A DNA stretch of 63,424 bases, the filler included, from Rhabdomonas costata (lineage: Eukaryota): the NCBI GenBank assembly GCA_019059605.1. It is 41 parts of 41 records of this genome, joined end to end, with 100 filler letters (N's around TTAATTAATTAA, not from the genome) between each part and the next. Parts side by side here need not be neighbours in the genome. Positions count along the whole stretch, not along the records: positions 38,745 to 40,193 come from JAHMHO010015646.1; positions 40,294 to 41,740 come from JAHMHO010015647.1; positions 41,841 to 43,290 come from JAHMHO010015648.1; positions 43,391 to 44,839 come from JAHMHO010015649.1; positions 44,940 to 46,388 come from JAHMHO010015650.1; positions 46,489 to 47,937 come from JAHMHO010015651.1; positions 48,038 to 49,486 come from JAHMHO010015652.1; positions 49,587 to 51,034 come from JAHMHO010015653.1; 33 more parts are not named here. The stretch is one strand, 5' to 3'. Shown here in pieces: positions 38,907 through 50,600 of the stretch. The notes below the pieces were generated by a model. It was not told the DNA's origin and did no database searches. It saw only the letters and a program-made list of their open reading frames with translations. The position numbers and the translations under genes were made by a program. Numbering within the stretch: the stretch's first letter is position 1; every line of letters begins with the position of its first letter.

Positions 38907-39008
38907 GAGCAGAAACAGGTCTGGGGTCTTTTCTATGTAGAGCAGGCCTCCGAAACGCTGCGTGGCCGTCCTTGGGGTCAGATAGGCTCTTTCGTAACCC
39001 TTTTGCGC
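38907..39008 (+). repeat. Dispersed repeat family, copy D (partial)
   Basis: CAGGTCTGGGGTCTTTTCTATGTAGAGCAGGCCTCCGAAACGCTGCGTGGCCG..TGGGGTCAGA..TTTCGTAACCCT. Confidence 0.8.
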
Positions 39009-39198
39009 CGCAGATAAGATGTGGACCGGTGGGGGGCGATGTCCTACGCCAGATTGGAAAGCACTTCCTCGTGTAAATCTGATGGAACCACGATCACTTC
39101 GGAGAAGGGGAGGGCAAAATTTTGGGCCGCAAAGTTGGCACAGACGATACATGATCTATTGTGACGTCCACGCACCCCTCTTCATTTCTTCGCATCAG

Positions 39199-39695
39199 GA
39201 AGTTCCCGTCCAGGTTCTAAGTTACCCTATGGTGCCGACCACGGCTCGTCCTGCGCCACAACAACAAGTACAACCTGTGTCTCCGATGCAGCAGCAGCAG
39301 CAGCAAACACAGCCCGCGATGGCGATGGCCTCCTCCCCCATGCCGGTGGCTCCTGGCAGTGCCCCTCACGAAGAGGTTGCACACACACAGATGCGATGGT
39401 TTGATAAAGTCGTAATATACAATGAAGACAAAATGTTTTTGTCTTTAGTTTTGTGGAAATTTATTCACCTACAAAACCTTCAGCTATTCGTACAACCGCT
39501 CCCCACGTGTGTTGGGTCAGTTGATTTTCCTGCGCACAGCCCGCGGCGCAGGACGAGGCCCATGAGGACCGCGACCGCAAGTCCGCTGAGGGCAATTACT
39601 GGAACGCCAACGAGGATGAGGAGGACAAGGCGGAGTACCGCAAAGGAGGCTATCACCCTGTCGTCCTGGGAGAAGTCTTCAACCACAGATTTAAG
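39199..39695 (+). CDS. SR protein kinase (SRPK) N-terminal region; exons 39199-39375 and 39540-39695
   Basis: EEDKAEYRKGGYHPVVLGEVFNHRFK is the SRPK signature; preceded by a Q/P-rich exon. Next acceptor lies at the contig end (40192). Confidence 0.9.
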
Positions 39696-40472
39696 GTCTT
39701 AGCCCTCCCTCCTTCCAGCTCCGCTCCTTCCTGTAACCGTTCTGTTCCTTATGTGTATGTGTTATCGTACGAGATGTTGCTGGGTCCCACGTTTCCAGGG
39801 GTGAACAACCTGTGAGGAAGCGGACTCAATCTCTTTCATAGTTGTCTGCAGAGGGCACACAAACCAACTGCAGGTTTCCCTTTAGCAAACGAGGCGTGCT
39901 CAATGGGACAAACCGTGCACTTGTGTTGCATGGCTTATTTTATTATATTCCTTGCCCACCCGAGTAGAATGGATGCGTGCATCAATTCCCACACCAACAA
40001 TGCGCTATTCCTGTATCTTCCAGATCTGCTTCCGAATACGTGATGTTGCATGGGTTTTCTTGGAAAGTGTGCACACATTAGTGGGCACCTGTATTTATCT
40101 TCACACTTGGAAAGGTATCAAACAATACGAAACCGCTTCCCGCTTCTGGGTAAGCCTCTGCATCCATATCTGACTGTGCTCCCTCCGTGCAGGNNNNNNN
40201 NNNNNNNNNNNNNNNNNNNNNNNNNNNNNNNNNNNNNTTAATTAATTAANNNNNNNNNNNNNNNNNNNNNNNNNNNNNNNNNNNNNNNNNNNNGTTGGGG
40301 GGTAGCAGCCAGGTAGCAGTTGCCAGGTTTTCATTTATGATAGGCATGCCGTGAGGCGCTAGAAAAGTCAGATGACTCACGCTGCCTCACGGCATGCCTA
40401 TCATAAATGAAAACCTGGCAACTGCTACCTGGCTGCTACCTCTCCACCACTTTTAAAAAGTGCTGCCCAAAC

Positions 40473-41153
40473 CTCGTCCAGCTGCCGGCTAAGCTCCTTG
40501 CGCTGCGTTTCCAGGGCCTGACGCTGCCGGGTATGCCTGTCGATGCGCTCGACGAGCTTCCGAAGTTGCTGCTCTGGGCCATCACCGTCCTTGGAGGGCC
40601 GAGGAGACCTTCTGGAGTACGCCCCCTTTCTTCCACCCTGAATTTTGAAACAGCACTGGCAAGTGTCACGTTTTCAGCCGCCAATTTAGTCCACCATGGC
40701 AAAAGTCCACCATGCCAAAAGTCCACCATGGCATCCTCCCGGAAGACGATCTAGCTCAGCACCTAGCTCGTGTTTCGACAACAGTTATTCGCTGTGCTCA
40801 ACCGAATTCACAGAACGGGTTCAGGCATTTCGTTCGAATTGACTTCGCTCATGCGAGTGGTCAGGAAGATCCGAGAAGCAGCAGCATGAAACTTAGACGT
40901 ACACGCCACAGTTTGCTCAGGGCATGAGTTCGTTTGGGGTTTTCCTCCTGGTGATCTAACACTCACAGGCTGAACACCGCTACCAACGAGGTGGAGCAGG
41001 GGGTGGGGGGTGAACTTTCTGAGGTGCCTTGCTGGAGGCCGTGGAAGGCTGGCCTCCCACAAGCTTCTCCAGCTCTGCCTTGCGCTGCTGCAGGCGCTTT
41101 ACCAGGCGATCGCTGCTGTGGATGAGGTGCCACAGCCGAAGCTTCTTGAGCTC
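40473..41153 (-). CDS. Coiled-coil protein (possibly SMC1-like); exons 41028-41153 and 40473-40637
   Basis: ELKKLRLWHLIHSSDRLVKRLQQRKAELEKL..|..LRKLVERIDRHTRQRQALETQRKELSRQLDE. Phase-0 intron 40638-41027 with AAG|GC donor. Confidence 0.55.
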
Positions 41154-43532
41154 CTGTGCAGGCATCGTGAGGGGACGGACAGATATTATTGACAAAAAGG
41201 TGTCTACGTGCACCAGTATGCGGCAAACATATATGGCAAATGTGGCATATAAGTGGCACGTGACAGACTCGCAGTCATCAATTCATCGATGGGTGTGCTG
41301 CGTGCTCTGGGATGCCAGTCGTCGGTCGACTGGGCATCTCGCCGAAAGCGTTGGGGGGTATGACACGAAGGCGACGTTGCGAGTCTGCGGTGAGGGGAGT
41401 CGATAATTGGTGCGGGTAGGCAGCCAGGCACAGAATTGCACGACTGTGGCAAAAGTGCAGAGGCATTGGGAAAAAAGAAGAGGCGGGTCTGTCTATGTCA
41501 GATTCAGCGTGGCCATAAGAACCTTCGTGATAAAAAAGGAACGTAACTGGAAGGAAAGGCCAAACCAAAAATAAGGGCGGCCAAACCAAAAATAAAGGCA
41601 TGTCGCCAACTCCAGAGAATGAGACACGGAGTGACAGAAAGAGATGCACGTGCAAAGTTTCTGAAAACTCTGGCATCCGATACCACCGCGGTGCGTAGAA
41701 GGCGTGGAGTGTTTCCCCATCTTGGCGATCAAACCCACCCNNNNNNNNNNNNNNNNNNNNNNNNNNNNNNNNNNNNNNNNNNNNTTAATTAATTAANNNN
41801 NNNNNNNNNNNNNNNNNNNNNNNNNNNNNNNNNNNNNNNNGGATTCAAGAGCGGATGAGATCAAGAGGTGTTGGTGGGCATCATTCCGTCTATCGAGGTT
41901 CGACAGGAGAGTTTTGTCCGAGTTTGTTTTCGAAGGAAGGATTCGAAGGAGAACGAAGGCAGACCAGTGAGACGAAGAAGCCCATCAATAACAAGGCCGC
42001 CGACGGCCAAGGAGATCAAAGAAGCAGAGAGGAGCGAGGAGGGAAAACCCGACCGACGAAAAAGGAGTGAGCGCCAGTATCCAAGAGGTTGCCCCATTTT
42101 TCTTATATCACAGAAGTGCAGGTGGTGTCGTGTGTTTCTGCGCGGGTTTTTTGGACAATCTGTGTGGACGCGCGTGGTGGGATTTGTTGGTTTTGCCGCC
42201 GCTTCCTTCGGAAGCCAAAGAGGAAGGAGGTAAGAGGACAATTTGGAGGTAGAGTAGCATTGGAATTGCCAAATGCCCGCATGTCCCCCCTCCGAGTTTG
42301 GCGAAGCGAGGCGGTGAGGCAGAAGAAGACCCCCCCGACGAATTAGTCACAGCTGCGGAGTCCACAGGAGAATTGCGAAGCGCAGGTGCGCGAGCAAGTG
42401 AGGCTGTTAAGGGGAAGGCGGTTTAGTCCCCTTCCAAGTGTATCGGGTCGAAGCGAAGGCGGTCAAGTCCCCTTCGGAGGAGTTTGAGAAGCGACCGAGA
42501 GGGTGTGACGGAGTGGCACGTTGCGACCGAGAGACGTCGACCAAGAGTCCACAGGCTTGGGCAGCGGCGGGAAGTGGTTGCGGCCAGGCTATACACGGCC
42601 CCCGGCGAAAGCGAGGCCAACCCGGAACCCGGGGGAAAGAAAGTCTCCGCACCTAGGTAAGTTCACAGCGCTCACAAAGCGATTTCGCTTTGTCTGGAAA
42701 AACCAAGGAGGGGAGCGGATCGAGCGGGCTACGCGGGGAAGTCGCAAGAGCCACTTGGGGTGAAATGGGTCGCCTACGGGCCAGTAGCAATTCCAATCCT
42801 ACGCTACCTCCAATTGTCCTTTTTGGCTTTCCCTCCGCTGTGGTCTCCTTTGTCACGCTTTTCTTTCTCCTATATATATGCTCTCTCTATGCTTTTTTCT
42901 TGTTCAGTTTGGCTCGGTCTGCTCTTCTGTTTTCTCTTTTTGACATGCCCTGCTGACATCGGCTTCGGGCTGCCTCTGCTATCCTCTGCTCTCTGTGGTT
43001 TGTTCTTCGGCAAGACTTTCCATTCAGCACCCCCCATTACTTTCCTTTCAGCACCACACCGCTCCTGTCACACTCCAACGATATTGCGGGAACACTTACG
43101 TGGCTCCTACCTCTGGAGGTGGTGATGCCTCTGGATCCTGCTCGCGTTGGACTGTATCCCGATCTTGCTTGCACAAGGTGGGCGCTGCCTCGACTTACCT
43201 AGGTGACTCGCACCTAGACCGTGGCTTCCCTTCTGCACTTCCCGGGGGTCGCTGTGGAGCTGCTTTCCTCGAGCGTCGCCTTTCTGAAATNNNNNNNNNN
43301 NNNNNNNNNNNNNNNNNNNNNNNNNNNNNNNNNNTTAATTAATTAANNNNNNNNNNNNNNNNNNNNNNNNNNNNNNNNNNNNNNNNNNNNGGTGGTTTTT
43401 GGCAATGAGAATGTGTGGGGAAGGGTGCAAGGAAAGTATGTCTGGGGGGAAGAGAGTTTCTTTTTTGATAAATTCAGTGCAGCCGCAACGCGGCAGAAAT
43501 TGAAAGTGGTTGACTTCTTGTTGTTACGGCAG

Positions 43533-44566
43533 GCACTCCAAACCAGCCATCGCGCACGACACAGTTACGCCCCCGAGAACATCCGCTGTCAGGTTTCCTC
43601 TTTTGTAATGTTTCGTGGGATGGGGACTGCCATATGATTGTGCCACGTATGGTGTGGGTATTGAAAAGGCTCTGATGGCCGTGGCAGCGTACTGCCCCTC
43701 GCTGGAGTTCCTGGACATTAGCGGGTGCCGTGGGGTGGGCGACCTGAGCTTCAGCGCGGTAGGGGGGCGGCTGGCCAACCTGCAGACCTTCGTGGCCAAA
43801 CTGTGCTCGCAGTCCACCCTGACCTCAGCAGGGCTCGTGGCAATCTCGCGAGCCCCGCGTAACCTCAAGCGCTTGGACCTCTCGGGGTGCACCCAGCTGT
43901 ATGTCTTCCCGATCCGCCGCCCTTCCCCTGTCACCTTATGTTTATTCCATTTCTTTTTCCGACCATCGCCCCTTTCTGCGTTTTTATATTTTTCCCGCCT
44001 TTCAGTTATGTTTATTTCTGCCGCCCTCCTTCCAAATCGCTTTCGTCTCTTTCGCACCCCAACCACATTCTTAATGGCTCCGGGTACTTTCCCAACCAAC
44101 TCCGGCTCGTGGTTGGTGATTCAGCTGGAGGGTTCCATACTTGCATTGCGCTAAAAAGTGTGTTTCTTGTCCATCAGTGGCAATCAGCAGTTATCGGGTC
44201 CCCATTTGGGAGGGAAGTACGGTCTACTCAGGCCCGTGCACTGAAAAAGCGTTCCAAAACAGAGGTGCAGTTTGCACCCGTCAGGGTGAAAGCTGCCCTG
44301 CCGCATGTGCCGTGTGCAAGAGTTCGGTATTGAGAGGGTGGCTGAGGGAAAGAACCAAATCATAAGCAGCATCCCCTCACCACCCGCCCATGTTTCGCAG
44401 GGACGACGCCACCCTCTCCGCAATTCTGAAGCAGATGCCCTGCCTCAGATCGCTCTCCGTGGGGGGCTGTGTGGACATCACCGATGCCAGCATCCTGATG
44501 CTGAACACATGCTGCAAGCAGCTGCAGCACCTCGACATCTCCTCCTGCATCCACGTCACCCTGCAG
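43533..44566 (+). CDS. Cysteine-containing LRR (FBXL-like) protein; exons 43533-43592, 43669-43898, 44401-44566
   Basis: Repeats CPSLEFLDISGCRGVGD, NLKRLDLSGCTQL|DD, LRSLSVGGCVDITD and LQHLDISSC. Phase-compatible GT-AG introns. Confidence 0.88.
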
Positions 44567-45276
44567 GTCCTCTGTTCATATGCACGTACTCGTCTGCTTG
44601 ACTTTTTCCTGTGTGTCTTGGTGTATTCGCCTCGCAACCTATAAGAACATAAGTCTCTTTTCGCAATTGGGTGGTCTGTTCAAAGTGGACGTGCTCATGA
44701 CCTTTATCGGTATTCTCCCTGGTGTACCTGAGATATACTGTACATCCGGAAGTACATCAACCAAAATTCGGGTGCTGGAATCCAGCGGAATGGTCTCGAG
44801 TGTCGGGCCCAACACAGATATAGCAGTTCCGGATGCGCCNNNNNNNNNNNNNNNNNNNNNNNNNNNNNNNNNNNNNNNNNNNNTTAATTAATTAANNNNN
44901 NNNNNNNNNNNNNNNNNNNNNNNNNNNNNNNNNNNNNNNTGTTGTTTCAATTGAAATGTCTTGAGAACGTATTCAAATAGGACATATGAGTGGAGTTCAG
45001 GACAGACATTACGTTTTGGGCTGAAAAATTGCGACTATAGTATGCAGGAATTAGAATCGCCAACCGAGCTAACTGAGCTAACTTTGGAAGAATTGTGTGG
45101 CTATCATTCAACCCTTTGACTTCAGCCACTGTAGGCGGCGTCAGAGGAGGCCTCTGCATGTTAGCTTCACCCTTGGAAGCACGACTTGGATGCAAGAGCT
45201 GCAAGAGTTGCAATTCTTTTTTAAATTGAAAATGCTCACTTTATATTTCAGTGTCGGAGAAGTGGGGGGCTTGTAG

Positions 45277-45537
45277 GTGAAGGTCGCTCCTCTTTATGCC
45301 TCAGCTTTTAGGGTCACTTCCAAGGGGGACTACGAGGGAGACATCGTCACGGACGTCTTCTCTCATGGTCCTGCCTTGGGGAGAGTGGCCGAGAATGGGC
45401 CGTCCGGCCAGTCCGCTCCCTCAGAGCTGGTATATTCCAACACAGCAGTGTTCCTGATCCGTGGCCCCAAGCGAAGGGATCCCGGGCAGAAGTCAACATC
45501 TCCAACCCCAGTTTCTCCTCTGTCCGATCGAGAACAG
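45277..45537 (+). CDS. Possible MaoC/hot-dog dehydratase internal exon
   Basis: TAG acceptor, CAG|GTGCG donor, 87 open codons. FRVTSKGDYEGDIVTDVF..ELVYSNTAVFLIRG resembles the N-terminal hot-dog half of MaoC/MFE-2 hydratases. Confidence 0.5.
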
Positions 45538-46039
45538 GTGCGAGGTGGCAGCACGGGGAATGGAATGAGGTGGGTGGTCTGCTAATTTTTTGCCGTTGTG
45601 GCCATTTTGTTCAAGGTCAGTCTTTTTGGCTGCGCAAGCTTGGAAGGGTTTGTCGGTTTCTCGAGGTGGAAGTTCCTTGTCTTTGTGGAAGTGGGGCGGG
45701 GGGTGCGCGCATGTTCTTGACGGATAGCGCTCTGAATTTGTGTGTGCCAGTCGGATATCAGATATCCTTGGTCTCCCGATCCAGCTGTATGTTTGAGGAA
45801 GGTTCCTTGGGTTGCTGGAGATCAGTTCTTTCTTGGTGTGAGCCCGTGCAAAATCCGTGCATGTCGTGCACTGTGTTTTTCGCATCGAAAGTTACGTTCT
45901 TCACACGCCCACGTGCCGTATTTGATCCTCCACGCAAATCCATTCTGGAAAAGCACGCCTTGTTGGCATCAGTCTCTGTTGTGACTGCATGTCTGAGGGC
46001 TGAGCGAGAGACAATGCGAGAAGGCGGTCAACCACCCAC

Positions 46040-46166
46040 CTGCGCGCGAAAGTTGGCAACGTGCGGCAGGCTGCACAGGTTCGCCGAGCGGGGCAGGATG
46101 GCAAACTCCGGGTACGTCGAGCACAGCTTGTAATCCTTGTTGCACTCCGTGACAGCCCAGCGCAAC
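46040..46166 (-). CDS. Myotubularin-family phosphatase internal exon
   Basis: WAVTECNKDYKLCSTYPEFAILP..LPHVANFRAQ matches MTM WxxxxxNxxYxLCxTYP..VAxFR. CAG acceptor and GT donor. Confidence 0.85.
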
Positions 46167-47315
46167 CTGACCCCGCGGTCACCACCATCATACCGCACCA
46201 CCGCAAGACGTGGGAAATACCGATTCCATGGCCAGTCTTCATCTCGGAGACCATTCTCCATTATTAAGTTCAGGCGTCGCCTCGCTCACCCGTCGCCTCG
46301 CTTCACCTAGAGTATTCCTTTCACGTGCTTAAAGAAGACCACCATTCGAGACCACTCCTGTTCAAAATATAAGGCGAAAGCCCACACANNNNNNNNNNNN
46401 NNNNNNNNNNNNNNNNNNNNNNNNNNNNNNNNTTAATTAATTAANNNNNNNNNNNNNNNNNNNNNNNNNNNNNNNNNNNNNNNNNNNNGGGGGGTGTGTT
46501 TTCAGAAATCCCGGAAGGGATCCGCGCCCCGAGCCAAGCGGTGCGGGACGGAGTTGTAGGATCCGGAAGCCGTATATTGTTGAATTCCATGTCATTGGGA
46601 TGCAGGGAGCGGGTTAGGGCCAGGTTTTCAATGGGCAGCGACAACATTTGCAGGCATTCGTCGGTTTACTCCGGACCGATCACGGGAAAAGGGCTGTACA
46701 ACGAGCACAAAAATCAAGGAAATATTTTCAGAGCGCCTGGGGTAGGCACGGGCCAAGTATTGGTGGCCAAAAGAAATAAGTCTCTTTCCCTCCCTCCCTT
46801 CCTCTGCGCTCTAATTTCTGGCGCGCTGCCGCTCCCCCTTTCTGCGTTGGTAAACTTCGTTGCCGGAGATTCTGACGAGCTATGCGTGCGGACGGCCCAA
46901 CATGAAAGACTCTTCATATCCACCAAGCCAGGCTGCCATAGATACAGGCTGCCCATGAGACAGGGCGCCAGTTACATGATCGAAAACTGAATTTTGTGTG
47001 TCTGCTTTTTTGGACAGAGTCTTGCGGAGTTCCGTGCGGAATTCATCGGGTGTGCTGACGGGTTCGTCTTTTGCCAGCGATTCCTCATTCGTAATAAGTT
47101 GCAGACAAGGCTGGCGGGGCGGATACCAAGCAAACGTCATCATAGACTGCGCTCTGTGATCACCCAGAAAAACAAATTGTGTACACACATCTGCAACTCG
47201 ATGATTTTGGAGAAGACAAATAACAAGAGAAAGGGAAACTTCGTGGTCGTGGGTGGGCAGCTGACACACCGAGCGCGAGCTGAGTGTCTCTGGGACAAGA
47301 CTCATCATGGGGCGA

Positions 47316-47684
47316 TCAAGCAGACCCATCCTTATCCTTTCCGAAATGCTGCTCCGCAATGAGCAACGCCTTTCCAGCCTCAGACACCGCGCAACCGGGC
47401 ACGTCGATGTAGCCCGCCATAAGCAAAGCTGATGCAGGGGTCATAAGTGACGGACGGGAGCTTCCCCCGCCACTGAAAAAGCCGCGGATAGCAGCCCAGG
47501 CTTTCTGCAGAACGCCCTCGCAGGAGGTCGTTGCACTGCCCACAAACGCAATTTTGCATATCGCTGCCGCCTGCACTCGCCCTGTGCTGGCGCAAATAAG
47601 GCGGTGCTCCAGAAACAGCCACTTCTGATCCCACCCATGGATGACCGTTTCAAGCCGGTAGGACTGGAGTGGCGTCAGCCCTCG
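47316..47684 (-). CDS. THEM6/4HBT-like thioesterase, terminal exon
   Basis: RGLTPLQSYRLETVIHGWDQKWLFLEHRL matches the family pattern (RxL..FxxxTRxxGWDxKxxYxEHRF). Pyrimidine tract, CAG acceptor and TGA stop. Confidence 0.78.
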   Translation of the reverse strand, partial: RGLTPLQSYRLETVIHGWDQKWLFLEHRLICASTGRVQAAAICKIAFVGSATTSCEGVLQKAWAAIRGFFSGGGSSRPSLMTPASALLMAGYIDVPGCAVSEAGKALLIAEQHFGKDKDGSA

Positions 47685-50600
47685 CTGAAAAGAAAGAATG
47701 AGAATACATGCACCGACTGTCCCGTACATAAAATTGATCGTTTAGCATGAAAAGCTCTAATCAGCAAAGGAGGCGACATGCTATGCTATATAGCCCGTGC
47801 GATGTCAAAAGTGAAGGACGAAAAAAACAAAGCCAGAATTACACAGACATCTGAAAAATGGCGGTAAATTGAAAAAGAAAAACAAACTATGGCGCTTCAA
47901 TATTTGCACAGGAAGACATTTTTACTACCCCAAACCCNNNNNNNNNNNNNNNNNNNNNNNNNNNNNNNNNNNNNNNNNNNNTTAATTAATTAANNNNNNN
48001 NNNNNNNNNNNNNNNNNNNNNNNNNNNNNNNNNNNNNGGGGGTGTGGTAACAGAGATTTGTGTCGTGGTAACAGTGGGCTTGGCATTATGTGCCCAGTGC
48101 GCTCGTGATTATTCTTTTGACGCATGGTTGACAAACCGCGATTGTTCAGTCCTTAAGTTTTTTCTCTTTTAACCACCCTTGATGAACCAGGCGACAAGTG
48201 GTGCTTGTATAATGAAGTTTTCAATTCCAAATATGCGTATGCTGTTCAGTGCAAGCTGCAGGTCAGCTGTCTGTCTGTGGGTCAGCTGAGCTCGCAGGGA
48301 GTCACGTCCTCCGCCCCAGAAGTGCTAGTTCGAAAGTCTCCCTATGCCTTCCTCTTCCCACGCGCCTGTGCTCTGTACTCATCCTACCCTCGACGTCCCA
48401 CACCAACTTCATGTGCCAATTTTCCATTTGGTCTCCCCATTCCCTCCTTTCCTTCTTCCCTAATCCTCACTCATCTCTTCGGCCCTGCTCTCTTCCTCTG
48501 AGAACTTTTCTGCCGTGTCCTGCCAGCCTCTGGCGGGAGATGGAAGGAAGCGTGTAATGCTGTACCCATGTCACCTCCAGCCGTGGTTGCGGACACCATG
48601 CCAGTCCTGCCTGGGTGTTTTGCGCATCTCCAGCTGAGTCTGGGCTTGTCCCGCCCCACTGCCCTTGGAGGGTGGGGCAGAGGTGAGTGAGAATGGGAAC
48701 TGTGGAGCTGACCAAAGCTTTGCTGTGCTCTGTGTTTGTTGTTTGTTCACGTGCGATCACTGGATGAAAACCGTGCGGGTGATTGAGTTGCCAAAGTCTT
48801 CATGGATAGGAAGGTACATGGCGCGGGGGAATGGTTGCCCCCGTCACACATCCACACACAGAGACAACGCAATCCGCGTGCACTGCTGCCATCAGCCATA
48901 GGTAGTGCTGCCCAGTGCGACAGGGCAGGTCATTTTGGATGCTCCTGATGGTGACTATAGCGGCAATGTCGCTTCAGATTATCGAATCCACCCAAGTATA
49001 ACCCACAGGCAAGCTCCAGCGAAGAGGGGACGCTCGCAACAAAACGAGCCCACCTGACACCTTCCCGCCCCAACAATGGTGTCACACTGGCGCCCTGAAG
49101 GGCGTGCGCACAGACACACACACACTAACACACATTAACACACATTCTGTTCCCTACTTTGCTGTCAAACATTTTTGAAGTTCTGGTCTGATGAGGCAAA
49201 TATTAATCAACAGTGTGGTCCGGCCGCAACGCCAAAAGTGACAGGGGCTGCAAATTTCTTCTGTTCAGAGATTAGTTTGACACACGAAAGGGCTAACAAA
49301 AGTCGTTGTGATGTGTGTTTTGTCAAAGCTTTCAGAAAGCTATTGGCTGTTCATACCTCCAATAACTACCACCATCCCACATGCACATCGATGGATGCAG
49401 TGATGACCACGATGATGCAGGCACAATCACTAAACACCCATACTCCCCAAGGCCTTCATGCAAACACCACTCCTCACAACACACCCNNNNNNNNNNNNNN
49501 NNNNNNNNNNNNNNNNNNNNNNNNNNNNNNTTAATTAATTAANNNNNNNNNNNNNNNNNNNNNNNNNNNNNNNNNNNNNNNNNNNNTGTGTAGGGTGTGT
49601 TTAGTGTGGTTTGTCATGTATTAGGTGCTGCCATTTTGTTTTCCTCTGCTCCGAGGGCTCGGTGCGCTCCTGATTCCTTCTTTTTGGCGCTCTCGGTTCA
49701 CCTTGAGGGAGGCATTGCTAATGTCTACTTCCGACATTGCGTTGCTTCCCCACCTTCCAGGTGGGCTATGCGAGAGAAAATTAGAAAGGGAAGAGCGGGT
49801 ACCTGAGAATACATACATCTGTGTGACTTGCATCCTTGAGGTGGTTTTGAATCGGCGGCTGCGCTGAGGTCTCTGGGTTGTTCCCCAATCCTCTACGGCG
49901 CTTGGGAGCTTTTGTACAGTTTATGTGATCGATATGGTGACTTTTGGTGTTGCGGCCGGGCCGCCACGTTGCACGAACGTGGGGCGATCCAACGCGAGCT
50001 GTTTTTACTGCTGTTGTCCCACAGCGGGAGCATTTGGGAACAGAGAAAATCTGACGACCTGCGTCACTGTGTATCGAAGAAGCACGTTGCTTGGCACAGC
50101 AGTCAGGATTTCGCCTCCTCCTTGTCCTAACCAGAATGCATCGGCAAAAGCTTCACGCAATGTCGATACTGCTGAGAGTGAAATGAATTGTCCCAATGCA
50201 GCAGGTGTTTTTTTTAGATGACGTTGGGGAGCACTGCCCTGAAGGAAGGCCTTACCTATTTTTCACCAATGTTAGGTGCTCGTTATCTGTCCTTGTTTTA
50301 GACAGTGGGGTTGTTGTGGAGTCAAATTTGCGCGGCATCCTTTTCGCCCTTCAACCTGGTGCTAAGTTGCATTCATCCAGGGTCTCGTATTAACACAGAA
50401 TGATTAGAAGGCTACGCGCTGTCCCCTGCGCTCTTCTGTCCCGCTTCTTCTTCGTTCTCAACCATTACAGGGTTGCACTGTTTCCGTTTGCATACTGTCT
50501 GCTTCGGTTTTGGATTGTGGCAATTGACTGTTGGTCGGTTGTGTCCTCTCTCCCCAAAATGAAAAGCGAGATGAGGCAGCTGCAGGATTCTGCAGAGGCC

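Noticed and set aside
40688..40732. Short tandem repeats (AGTCCACCATG-containing 16-mer x3; others near 23335, 31261, 41559 and 55153)
   Set aside because: Two to four adjacent units without unique spacers; ordinary minisatellites, not CRISPR
43192..43290. U1 snRNA (ACTTACCT plus TGCAC)
   Set aside because: No U1-70K loop (GATCACGAAG-like) or Sm site seen, and the second ACTTACCT copy has different downstream sequence
45695..45735. ERYPSRTCAHP as the next myotubularin exon
   Set aside because: Splice phase is incompatible and the downstream RCSQP motif is absent
47280..47290. Euglenid spliced-leader sequence (CTGAGTGTCT)
   Set aside because: Short match only, lacking the T-rich end and GT donor
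48770..49020. Dual-specificity phosphatase (GLYLGG on -)
   Set aside because: No consistent exon structure and no HCxxGxxR motif
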